Assembly: GCA_963729625.1 (NCBI GenBank)
Contig: CAVSOU010000010.1
Location: 160,001 to 224,000, forward strand
Reading direction: 5' to 3'
Origin: an uncultured bacterium
GTDB taxonomy: Bacteria > Chloroflexota > UBA5177 > JANWHV01
DNA length: 64,000 nt
Below are positions 39,612 to 48,623 of this stretch, in pieces; position 1 is the stretch's first letter; each line of letters starts with the position of its first letter. The notes beneath the pieces were generated by a model. It was given only the letters and a program-made list of their open reading frames with translations. It was not told the origin of the DNA and made no database searches. A program made the position numbers and the translations under genes.

Positions 39612-40664
39612 ATGCTGCACGTGATCTATGGAGCCGACGAGTACGGATCTGCTGAAGCCGTTGTGGCTCTCCAGGCGAGGTTTGAGGCGGATGTTGACGC
39701 GGCCCATGCACGCACGCGCTTCGACGGCGCGGTTGTCTCCTGGCCCGTCTTGCGGGACACGTGCTCATCCCGCTCGCTATTCGCCGATCGCCAGGTCATC
39801 GTTGTGCGCGGCCTGCTCGCGGCATGGGCTGGGAAGGCCGAATCCGCTGCCGCGAAGCAGACGACATCGCGTCCCGCGGCCGCGGAACTGGCGCGATTCG
39901 TAACACAGATGCCTCCCACGACTGACTTGATCCTGCACGAAGGCGATCTGCCCGCGACCAATCGCTATCTGAAAGAGCTCGCCGCGCTTCCACAGGGATC
40001 TGCCCGCATCCAGGCTTGCACGATGCCGAAGGACGCAGCTGACCTCGAGGCCTGGGCGGCGAGGCGGATAAGCGAGTTCGTGGAGCGACGAGGTGGGAGC
40101 ATCGACAGCCGTGCGGCGCGGCTTATTGCCCAGCGATGCGCATGCGATCTCATGGTGGCATCGAATGAGATTGACAAGCTACTCTGCTTCACCGCACCGC
40201 TGTACAGCATCTTCGCACAGGACGTCGAGAAGCTGGTTGCTGAGGCCGCCGAGGCGCGCGCGTACGATCTCGTCGACGCCGTCGCAGCCAAACAGGCAGC
40301 CCGGACTGTCGACCTCGCGGAGAAGCTTCTCGTCTCGGGCCAGGCGCCGGAGCAGGTTCTCGCGCTGATAGGGTCGCGGGTGCACGACCTCGCCATGTTG
40401 GCTGCCTCGCGCCGTGAGAAAGTGGGCGCCGACGTGCTCCTCGAGCGGAGTGGCTGGCAGCCCTGGCGTCTCCGGCAGCTGGAGCGCTCGCTTGGGTCCT
40501 ACACCTACGAAGATTTGGCGTCCGCGCAAGCTATCCTGGCGTCGGCGGACCTGGCGCTGAAGACACGCCCCTCGAACGAGCGGCCGGTCGTCGCACTTCT
40601 CACCGTACTGGCGCTCGCGCGGCGCTCGGACCCTGAGGCACTGGCCGCGGCTTTTGCGTACTGA
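39612..40664 (+). CDS. holA: DNA polymerase III delta subunit
   Basis: HVIYGADEY, SLFADRQVIVV, NEIDKL, YDLVDAV and ADLALKT pattern. Confidence 0.85.
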   Translation: MLHVIYGADEYGSAEAVVALQARFEADVDAAHARTRFDGAVVSWPVLRDTCSSRSLFADRQVIVVRGLLAAWAGKAESAAAKQTTSRPAAAELARFVTQMPPTTDLILHEGDLPATNRYLKELAALPQGSARIQACTMPKDAADLEAWAARRISEFVERRGGSIDSRAARLIAQRCACDLMVASNEIDKLLCFTAPLYSIFAQDVEKLVAEAAEARAYDLVDAVAAKQAARTVDLAEKLLVSGQAPEQVLALIGSRVHDLAMLAASRREKVGADVLLERSGWQPWRLRQLERSLGSYTYEDLASAQAILASADLALKTRPSNERPVVALLTVLALARRSDPEALAAAFAY

Positions 40665-40684
40665 ACATCTGTCTGCGCTTCGTT

Positions 40685-41656
40685 CTAGCGCGTCTCAAGT
40701 GAAATCGACGCTCCACACTGGCTGCAACTGGTGCTCAGGGCGCCATGCTCGCTGACCACCTGGGACTTCAGAATCTTCTTGTGTTTGGTGCCGCACTGAC
40801 TACATCGCAGAACCAGCGGTACGGCCCTGTTGCACGTGCGGCAGCGCAAGAAGAAGTTGTAGTAGTAGTCGACTCTGAGATTCGTGCTGCGGCACCTCGG
40901 GCAGAAAGTCGGCCTGACTTCCGCGGCAATCTTCACTACTCCTCCCGGAGCCCCGCTTGAGGCCGGCGCCGGCCCTACCGGCGCGGCTGCAGTTGGACCT
41001 TCGTGCCGGGCGTGGTGTGCAAGCAGGAATGCGCGCAGGCGCTCCCGATCACTTGCCGTCAACGTATCGCCCATGTGTATATCCGGCGCGCCGCCGGCGA
41101 GGCGGACAAGCGCGGTGGGCAACTGGTGATCGGCCCTGCGATCTCCGATGGTAACTCGAATCTCTTCCGGGATTTGGTCTGCCTTGAAAACGGACTCCAG
41201 CTCCGCCTCGTCCTCACTACCACGCCGGTCGATGACACCATCGTCAGCAATGGCAACACGAACGTTGATTGCCAGTTGCTTGCCACCAAGCACGCCGGGT
41301 TCGCGTTGCAGGTAGGACCGCAAGAAAACGCGTTGCCGCTCAGCCTGAAGCACCGGCGAGGCCATGCCCCGCACATGGCCATTGTCGCTGCGCGTCCATT
41401 CGCCCAGCGCATTCACGCGCACCTGAGCGGTCACGCTCGTGCTCTCGATGATTATCAGGCCATAGGGGTGGACGATGAGGTGGTCGATTTGCGCCGCGTC
41501 GTCTACCGTGACCAGGCGGACGCCATTGAAGACGAGGATGTCAGGATCAGCCGCAAACGCACGCCGGAGGTAGTGCGACATCTTCTCCTCGGCTTGGCGC
41601 CCGGCCACCTCGAAGCGGTCGCCGCCGGGAAACGGGTCCAGCTCCTTGACAATCAC
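40685..41656 (-). CDS. NERD nuclease-related domain protein with C-terminal zinc ribbons
   Basis: AGRQAE, AQIDHLIV..YGLIIIES and SPVLQAERQ motifs; four CxxC pairs at the C-terminus. Confidence 0.85.
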   Translation of the reverse strand: MIVKELDPFPGGDRFEVAGRQAEEKMSHYLRRAFAADPDILVFNGVRLVTVDDAAQIDHLIVHPYGLIIIESTSVTAQVRVNALGEWTRSDNGHVRGMASPVLQAERQRVFLRSYLQREPGVLGGKQLAINVRVAIADDGVIDRRGSEDEAELESVFKADQIPEEIRVTIGDRRADHQLPTALVRLAGGAPDIHMGDTLTASDRERLRAFLLAHHARHEGPTAAAPVGPAPASSGAPGGVVKIAAEVRPTFCPRCRSTNLRVDYYYNFFLRCRTCNRAVPLVLRCSQCGTKHKKILKSQVVSEHGALSTSCSQCGASISLETR

Positions 41657-42090
41657 CGCGTGACTCCGGTCATGGCAATGAGAAGCAGGCTGCTGACAGT
41701 ATAGCAAGCTCGATTGGCGGACCTACTCCGCCAGTGCCACGGACAATGCTGGCAAGCAAATCGGGAACAGTCAGCCGACATCCGAGGCCAATGTGCCACC
41801 TCTGCACGGACGAAGACGGTGAGCTCTTGCCATTGGGCCGTTTCTGCTGGTTCTCATCATTGGCACTTGTTGCGCATACCCTGAAACGGATTCCGCAGAA
41901 TACGTATGGCTGCGACCGCGGCCGTGTGCTATCCTTTCCATGCTGGCTGATTTATGATGGCCTGTTCTGGGTGCGCATGGCCGCCGCCAGACCAGGACAC
42001 AATGGTCCAGCGCACGTGCGTTTGTGGGCAAAATGGAGCGGACATATACGAACTGAGCAACAGGTCGAGTGATTCAGGAGAGCCAACCTC

Positions 42091-42166
42091 GCGGGAGTAA
42101 CTCAGTTGGCAGAGTGCCTGCCTTCCAAGCAGGATGTCGCCGGTTCGAACCCGGTCTCCCGCTCCA
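42091..42166 (+). tRNA. tRNA-Gly(TCC)
   Basis: GCGGGAG/CTCCCGC acceptor, CT-TCC-AA anticodon loop, GGTTCGAACCC T-arm and encoded CCA; 76 nt. Confidence 0.97.
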
Positions 42167-42176
42167 GAGAAGAATC

Positions 42177-42335
42177 CTATCTTGTTTCTCCCGGCTTGAA
42201 CTTGTGACCGCATTTGAGGCAAGTGATGACGATCTTGCCGGCTCCGATGAAGCCTGTAAGAATACTCCAGCCTCGCCTTCCCGCTTGTACCTGTGTCGAT
42301 CCGCACTTCGGGCAGGCAACCTTGTCTTCGCTCAT
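42177..42335 (-). CDS. 52-aa zinc-ribbon microprotein (absent from ORF track)
   Basis: GAGGTG SD; [52 protein letters not shown]. Confidence 0.8.
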   Translation of the reverse strand: MSEDKVACPKCGSTQVQAGRRGWSILTGFIGAGKIVITCLKCGHKFKPGETR

Positions 42336-42709
42336 CGGTCCACCTCTCTACGCGATCTGACGCGCGTTCGCACACAGTCTACGCTTCCGTCAAGGCGCTG
42401 ACCAGGTGCATTCTTGCCAACGCCGGCAGCTGCTCGGCTTGCAGGAGTAGTGCCGCATGCCCATCAGCCTCGCGGACACACACCGTGACTCTCCACCACT
42501 TTGACCGACCAAACGTGAAGCCCGGCTGGGAGGGATCATCCTGCCGCTGCCGGGCTCCAAACCAGAGATGTACAGCAGGATGTTACTTTAGCTGCGTTGC
42601 ATTGCACGGAGACCGCTATTGAGCCTGCGCGACTAGGGCGGAATGTGTGCATGCTGGTGCGGCGATGATTATCGTGCAGTAATCCTGCGCGTCCAGGGCG
42701 GGACTCTAG

Positions 42710-43060
42710 CCCACATTCCGCACTCCCAATGGCTGGGGAGCTGAATTAGGGGGTGGTGCGTGAGCACGCGGGGTCATTGGTGCGCAGCGGAGGTCTGATA
42801 GAGCGTGGGCACGACCGGGCCCAGGAGCGCCAGGATGCGGGTATGCAGGGCACTCACGCGCAGCACCTGCTGGCTGACGTCCGCGGCACTGCGGATGGTC
42901 AGCACATCGATACCCTCGAGGAGCTGAAAGACCCAGCGCAGGGTGGGCCGGGCGCTGGGCTTGCCGGCCTGGGAGGGCAGCGTCTGGTCCGTCGCCGCGA
43001 GCCGGGCGCGCAGGCGATGGTCGGCCAGGCGGTAGACGAGCAAGCAGAGCACCATGGTGT
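42710..43060 (-). mobile_element. IS1634-family remnant: transposase C-terminus plus probable terminal repeat
   Basis: MVLCLLVYRLADHRLR..LPSQAGKPSARPTLRWVFQLLEGI matches IS1634 C-termini; end-like GTGCGGAATGTGGG at 42723-42710. Confidence 0.8.
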
Positions 43061-43063
43061 AGT

Positions 43064-43490
43064 GTGAGGAGGAGCTCAAAGAGGTCAAGCTCGGCCAGGC
43101 ACAGGAGCGCCTGGAAGGCGCCAAGCTCTTTCGCACCGTGGCGACAGTCCTGCTGGACCCCGCTATCACTGGCGCGGCGGTGCGTGATGGGATCTTCCGA
43201 CTGGTATCGCGGGAACGGGTACGCGCGGCCGTGGAGCGGGATACGTCGCTCGAGCAAAGTGAGGGCGAGGCGTACCTCGCGCAGGTCGACCGGCACCTGC
43301 GTGCCTTCGCCCCGCTGGTGCTGCAGACGCTCCGCTTCGGCTCGCCGCGGGCCAAGAACGACCTGCTCGAGGCGCTGGAGACCCTCGCAACGATGAATGC
43401 GGACCGGCGCATCACCGTGCCCTCCACCGCGCCGCTGTCGTTCACACCCCCGAAGTGGGAGCCAACCTGCGGACCAGGCAAGCCGTCCCT
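43064..43490 (+). pseudogene. Internal fragment of a Tn3-family transposase
   Basis: LLDPAI..VRDGIF..HLRAFAPLVLQTLRF..LLEALETL..APLSFTPPKW; no start and no DDE domain. Confidence 0.7.
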
Positions 43491-43644
43491 CCCGCCCGCC
43501 ACGCGAGCCCGTACACCACATATTGTGTTTTAGTGCAGAAACTCCTACTATATCTATGGGAGATGCGATGCCTTCGCGACGCGGAGGTATCGTACACCGT
43601 GGGCTGCTAGTCGTACATGAGTTCTCACATTGCGGAGTGTTCGT

Positions 43645-44179
43645 ATGCCGCGCCGCACGCCCCTGGACCCCGTGCTTACCGCGCAACGCGACGACCTGCT
43701 GGCCACGGGCCGCCCTCTATGGCCACGCTTTCCAGGACGGCAGGCGCACTCGGCGAGGTGGTACCACCGACATCTTTTACCGCTGCCGGCATTGCCCTGC
43801 CTACCTCCAACTGCGCAAAGGCGCGTCCGGCTTCGTCAAAGCGCATGGCGTTGCGGAACCGTGCAAGCAGTACTGGAGCCGCACGGGAGGTAGAGGCGAG
43901 CCCATCAACCCGGACCAGCGCTCCCTGCTGCAGCCGGCCCTGCCGCCGCTGCAGATTCTGGCGCAGCGTAGCAGCCACACGTACGTGCCCCTGGACAGCG
44001 ACGCAGGCGCGCAGGGCCACACGGCCCGGCGCTACTGCACGACGTGCAAGCGCGTCAGCACTTATGAGGTCGCGCTGCAGGAGCCGGACGCCGTGCCCTG
44101 CCAGCAGCCCCTGGACGCCGGGCTGCCTGAAGTTGCAGCGCTGCTTACCCGACTGGCTCAGCCGACACGCCAGCAATGA
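43645..44179 (+). pseudogene. Frameshifted Cys/His-rich protein with a duplicated H..CxxC..PC module
   Basis: GGAG SD plus ATG at 43645; removing one G from GGG at 43707-43709 joins two frames into a 177-aa ORF. Confidence 0.5.
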
Positions 44180-44260
44180 CCGCACAGAGCAGGCGTGGAA
44201 GCCCGAGGTCGTCTGCACGTGCCGTAGAGACGAGGGTGCGCAGAGCAAGCTGGAGCGCTG

Positions 44261-44803
44261 ATGCGTCTTGCCGACCAGTCGGGGAGAGCGAAGCACGCGG
44301 TGGCGAGGCCGCGACGGTGCAAGGTGTGCCGGCGCCCGGGTCCGCACCACCGACGAGACTGGCAGGGACGGTGCCGGACCTGCGCGGCCTACGTGCGCCG
44401 GACGGGCCAGGAGCGGCCGTTTGTGCTCGATGGCCGCCGAGAGGCACGGGGACAGCGCGTCCTTCCGTTCGCGTGCGCGAGGCCGACGCATGTGCATGGC
44501 CGTGGCTTAGGCCAGCTCCCCGCGTCGAGTACCCCCGGCGGCGCGTATCAGGCCAGTGTTTGCCCAGCGCCCTGCAAGCTCAGGACGAAGGCAGATGCGG
44601 CTCCCAGGTGCGCGCAGATCTCGAACGGCAGTGTCCAGGCACCGATGCTGCCGCTCCGCCGGCGCTCCGTCGCGACGTCCACGGCATCGGCTGTGCGACG
44701 GAGGACCTCGGCGAGGATCAGGAAGGGGGCGAGCCCCGGCAACAGAGCGGGGCCATGTTCGCCGATCGGCAGCCCGCTGCTAAACAGGGTTGGCTTCACG
44801 TAA
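44261..44803 (+). CDS. Hypothetical protein with an N-terminal GATA-like zinc finger (3' part doubtful)
   Basis: GGAG-N5-ATG; CKVC-x14-CRTCAAYVRRTGQERP. Confidence 0.45.
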   Translation: MRLADQSGRAKHAVARPRRCKVCRRPGPHHRRDWQGRCRTCAAYVRRTGQERPFVLDGRREARGQRVLPFACARPTHVHGRGLGQLPASSTPGGAYQASVCPAPCKLRTKADAAPRCAQISNGSVQAPMLPLRRRSVATSTASAVRRRTSARIRKGASPGNRAGPCSPIGSPLLNRVGFT

Positions 44804-44811
44804 GCCGCCAT
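44548..44811 (-). CDS. Hypothetical small protein
   Basis: Protein-like composition (MAAYVKPTLF..LILAEVLRR), but it overlaps the opposite-strand ORF. Confidence 0.3.
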   Translation of the reverse strand: MAAYVKPTLFSSGLPIGEHGPALLPGLAPFLILAEVLRRTADAVDVATERRRSGSIGAWTLPFEICAHLGAASAFVLSLQGAGQTLA

Positions 44812-44992
44812 TTCACGGCAGCGCGAACACTTGGACGAGGCCTGCCGTCGAGGATGTACGCTACCTGGGAGGCACTGTACACTCCGGAAGGAGCCGCTCG
44901 TCATCCAGGTGGCAAGGATGCACGCACAGAGGACCGATGATTGAAGTCAGATTGCAGAGCCATTAATCGACTGCGTGCTAGCGATTTCGCTT

Positions 44993-45292
44993 CTAACGGG
45001 GTCTGTCAGGCCATGCCGCCTTTAACCCGGCAACGCCGATGTCCAGGAACTCCTCGAGGCCAGCGGCGCCGAGCATTTGTTCCAGGGTGTCTTCCAGGCG
45101 TGCGAGTTCGGCGGCGTCCTCAGGGTTGCTGTTGGCGTCATGCTCGCGCCGGTCCCGCGTGACGATTATCTCATTCTGCAGATCTGCGAGTGCGACGGCT
45201 AGCGAGATCGGCTTGACCGATCGGCTGCCATGAATCTGCACGACCGGCCACTGCACGGCGACCTGCTGGCCATCGATCACCCGAGAGAGCAT
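44993..45292 (-). CDS. Hypothetical acidic helical protein
   Basis: LAVALADLQNEII..EDAAELARLEDTLEQMLG; plausible coding composition. Confidence 0.5.
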   Translation of the reverse strand: MLSRVIDGQQVAVQWPVVQIHGSRSVKPISLAVALADLQNEIIVTRDRREHDANSNPEDAAELARLEDTLEQMLGAAGLEEFLDIGVAGLKAAWPDRPR

Positions 45293-45803
45293 GCACATGA
45301 AATGCTGCGGCCCGGGATTGTATGGCACGCCGCGACGTCCTCGCGTCAGGCCACGAAGCTTGCCGCATCCCGCGTGTACTCGGCGACACTCGCTGCGGCG
45401 AGCCCAGCGGTGCAGGTCATGCCGCACTGCCACTGCGGATCAGACGTCGTTTCCGGCAGGTGGCAGGTGCCTGACTGCGAGCAGCCCCGGCGATGCGGGG
45501 AGCGAGGAGATGACGTCATGCACTCGCACTCGGGACGGTCAACCCCGTATGCCATCAGGGACCCGCTGGCTTGCGACCGAGACAGCGTCGACTTCGACGT
45601 CGCCGGCGGCAGGTGCAAGCGAGCGAGGCCGCGATGCTAAGCAACTTCGTGCTGAACGATCGCTGGACCTTTCGCCACGCCGCGCCCAGTGCTCGGTGGC
45701 GGGACCGCCTGATATTCCCGCCGCATTTGCAGTAGGCGTTCCCATTGGTTGCGCAAGCCTTGTTCGCTGCCCTGCACTGCCAGCAGCGCGGAGGCTGGGC
45801 TCG

Positions 45804-46628
45804 TCAGGGCTTCCGGCCAAAAGCGCCGATACCGTGCATGCTCGCGAAGAAGTGTCCTGCGGCGTCCGCTTCCTGCCACTCCTGCCGCAGCCGTTCAACC
45901 TCGGCCGACGTGAGCGCGCCCGCTGCCACGGCTGCCGCTTCGACGCGGTCCGCGAGAAGCGCGTATTGGGTGAACGTGTAGCTCGTGAAGTAGACCGGAT
46001 AGACCTCAATGACGATATCGTTCAGCTGGTGCGAGGCGAACAGGCGATACAGGCGACGACCTGCATAGCCGTTGGGAAGGAACACCTCGATGAAGAACCG
46101 AACGTAGCGGCGCTCCAGGTCAACCTGCGTGCAATCAAATGAGAGTGTGCCCCAGTCGGGCTCCAGCACCCCTATCCATCCTCCGGAGCTACTCACGCGG
46201 ACCAACTCGGCGAATGCAGCCTCGGGACAACGCAGGTGCTGGAAGATCCGCTCGGCGCGGACACGGTCAAATGTTGCGGCCTCAAACGGCAAGGAGACCG
46301 CGTCGGCTTGGATGTGCGTGGTCCAGCCATCGACACGCGCTGCTGCTGCACTTCGGTTTGCCTCGGCGATCACAGCGGGGTCGTCGTCCACTCCGATCAC
46401 TGCGCCCGTAGGACCAACCAGGTCAGCGAGGTCAATCGTGTCGGTTGCCGGACCACAACCGAGATCGAGAACGCGGTGACCGGGCTGGAGACGCAACAAC
46501 TCATAGCTGCGGCGCTTCTGTTGCTCCCAGAGTGACGCCACAGCCTCGAGGTACTGGGGAGCGACGTAGCCAAGCACGCTCCGGACCCCGTAGAGTCGGC
46601 AATCGGTATCCGCGTCTTCAACGCTCAT
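45804..46628 (-). CDS. Class I SAM-dependent methyltransferase
   Basis: VLDLGCGP, ADAVSLPF..TFD, ERIFQHL and EPDW motifs; GGGGGT SD. Confidence 0.9.
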   Translation of the reverse strand: MSVEDADTDCRLYGVRSVLGYVAPQYLEAVASLWEQQKRRSYELLRLQPGHRVLDLGCGPATDTIDLADLVGPTGAVIGVDDDPAVIAEANRSAAAARVDGWTTHIQADAVSLPFEAATFDRVRAERIFQHLRCPEAAFAELVRVSSSGGWIGVLEPDWGTLSFDCTQVDLERRYVRFFIEVFLPNGYAGRRLYRLFASHQLNDIVIEVYPVYFTSYTFTQYALLADRVEAAAVAAGALTSAEVERLRQEWQEADAAGHFFASMHGIGAFGRKP

Positions 46629-46810
46629 CCGGATTACCCCCAGAAGAGCTTAGCTCAGCGAGACTGGAACATCTGTGCCCGATGTGCAAGGCCGCGAGAA
46701 AGGGTGTCCCGGGCAGGTCGTCGGAGCGAACAGTCGTCTGCGCACCCATGCCCGCACGCTCAATCCTTGAACGCACGATAACGTGGCGGCCATCTCCCGC
46801 ATTCTCTCGA

Positions 46811-46839
46811 AGTATGCGCGCTCACGCATGCCTTGTCAA
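46811..46839 (-). promoter_or_regulatory. Sigma70-type promoter for the methyltransferase
   Basis: TTGACA-N17-CATACT. Confidence 0.6.
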
Positions 46840-46942
46840 TCTATAGGGATAATTAACTGAAATAAACTATCAGATTCATTGCGAACTAACTCAAGATGCT
46901 ATGAGTTAGCTCATGGTAATCATCCCACGCTCGTTATCAACG

Positions 46943-48154
46943 TCAACACGGCCTCTCTGCCGGACAGATCATCGCGCGTGGCTGGGCGGCTCGAGGTTCT
47001 GGCAGGAGAACGAGCACGACCAGCGCCACGGCCAGGCCGAGTGCCGTGACATGGACGCTGTACAGCATCCGGATCTCCGGGCCCAAATACAAGCACAGTA
47101 TGCCGAACATGCTCGCGTACAGTCGCACGCCGCCACTCACGCGCGCACCGGCAACTTCGGCGCCAAGAACCAGTGCCGGAACTATAAGCAGAACAGCGTC
47201 GTAGTAGTGGCAGTACGGGGTGATCAAAATCGTTACCAGGACGGTGGCCGCCCATCGCCGCCCCGCCGATGGTGCGTCGACGTTCCAGCCCTCACGCCAG
47301 TACCACGCGAGCAAGCCGATCAGTACGATGCGAACCAGGCCAGCGGATACCTCAGGGCTGACAACGTACGGCACCTCGAAATGGAAGAGATCGTCCACGC
47401 CAAGACCCTCGAACCACGTGCCGGCGTGCTGTGAGTTCAACCGCCAGAAGGTTTCCTGTGCACCCTGGTACTCACGGAACGTGTTGAGTCCAACGACCGC
47501 TGTTGTCATCGCCGTGCCGGCGACAGCGGCCAGAAGAAAGCCGCACACCGCCCTCCATTGTCTCGTGTACAGGAGGACAGGAAGAGACAGGAACGCCACC
47601 TGGGGTTTGATGAGAAGGCCAATTGCAAAGCAGGCTCCTCCAAGCGCTTCATGTCTCCTGGCCAGCAGCCACATACCGAGCGCGTAGGTCAACATGACCG
47701 GGGCCGTTTCTTGGTCGTAGGCGATGAGCAGCAGAACAGCGGGCACCGAGCTCACCATGAACCAGTACATGGCGAGACGCGTGCTTCGGCTTGCGTTCCA
47801 ATCGTGCAGTGACATGATCAGCCTGCACGAGCCGTACAGCATCGCGGCTGAAAGCCCTGACCACACGACAGCGGAGCGATCCTCTCCGAGCGGAAGCAGA
47901 GCCGAAAGCATTGCGATGCATTGCGGAGTCGCTATCGAGATCACGTCCTTCGTCAGGGAGAAAGGCGAAAGTCCCGCATGGACGGCGACTGACCGTCCGA
48001 ATATGACATGCCAGTCGTACGCGAACGAGTTGTTCTCCAGGTAGAACTGCCGCAGCACTATGACGGCCGCCCCAGCAGAACAACACGCCCCTATCGCCAG
48101 AAGTAGCGGGACCAGCCCGGTTGTCGTCTTGCCCCAGCGCATGGTTTCTTGCAT
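46943..48154 (-). CDS. GT87/DUF2029-like polytopic glycosyltransferase
   Basis: Multiple TMs with YDW, YDQE, LIKPQ and PYCHYYD motifs; start uncertain (48142 or 48154). Confidence 0.75.
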   Translation of the reverse strand: MQETMRWGKTTTGLVPLLLAIGACCSAGAAVIVLRQFYLENNSFAYDWHVIFGRSVAVHAGLSPFSLTKDVISIATPQCIAMLSALLPLGEDRSAVVWSGLSAAMLYGSCRLIMSLHDWNASRSTRLAMYWFMVSSVPAVLLLIAYDQETAPVMLTYALGMWLLARRHEALGGACFAIGLLIKPQVAFLSLPVLLYTRQWRAVCGFLLAAVAGTAMTTAVVGLNTFREYQGAQETFWRLNSQHAGTWFEGLGVDDLFHFEVPYVVSPEVSAGLVRIVLIGLLAWYWREGWNVDAPSAGRRWAATVLVTILITPYCHYYDAVLLIVPALVLGAEVAGARVSGGVRLYASMFGILCLYLGPEIRMLYSVHVTALGLAVALVVLVLLPEPRAAQPRAMICPAERPC

Positions 48155-48623
48155 TCGCGACCGATCCTTCGGCGACTTGGCGCCCGCGCGCAGTCTCGCA
48201 CAGGCGCCGTAACCACGTCGACCATCTGCGATTCGCGCACATTGCACGCCGGCTCCAGTGTACGGCCAGGCGGCCAGCTTGGCGATCACCTATTACTCAA
48301 TCTTGCGGATCGCGAGCACACATTCCCCGATACTTTTCGCGTGCCGGTAGCTCGGCCAGCGCGCATCGAATTGGGGGCTTTCCGGCTCGATTTGATCGTC
48401 GATCACTTCTGATCAAGGTTGCCGGGACGTGGGCGGCATCAGACCGGCACTTGGGCTTGATGTCGCATCGGTCCTGGTGCGGCGCCGCGGGCGTTGTGGG
48501 AACGTCATGGCACAGGTCACTCCGGGGCGGCCGGGCCGCATTGCTTCTCGGCCACGACCGGCGCACCTTCGCTTACAATGCATGTATTCTCATCCGCAAT
48601 GGCACGCGAGAATTGAGGCCGCT

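Noticed and set aside
41710-42090. Short ORFs or ncRNA between NERD and tRNA-Gly
   Set aside because: No convincing SD, motif or stable structure seen.
42706-43686. 326-aa and 242-aa minus-strand ORFs over the transposon debris
   Set aside because: Chimeric readings across the IS1634/Tn3 junction; only the last 93 aa or so of the 42774 frame is real transposase.
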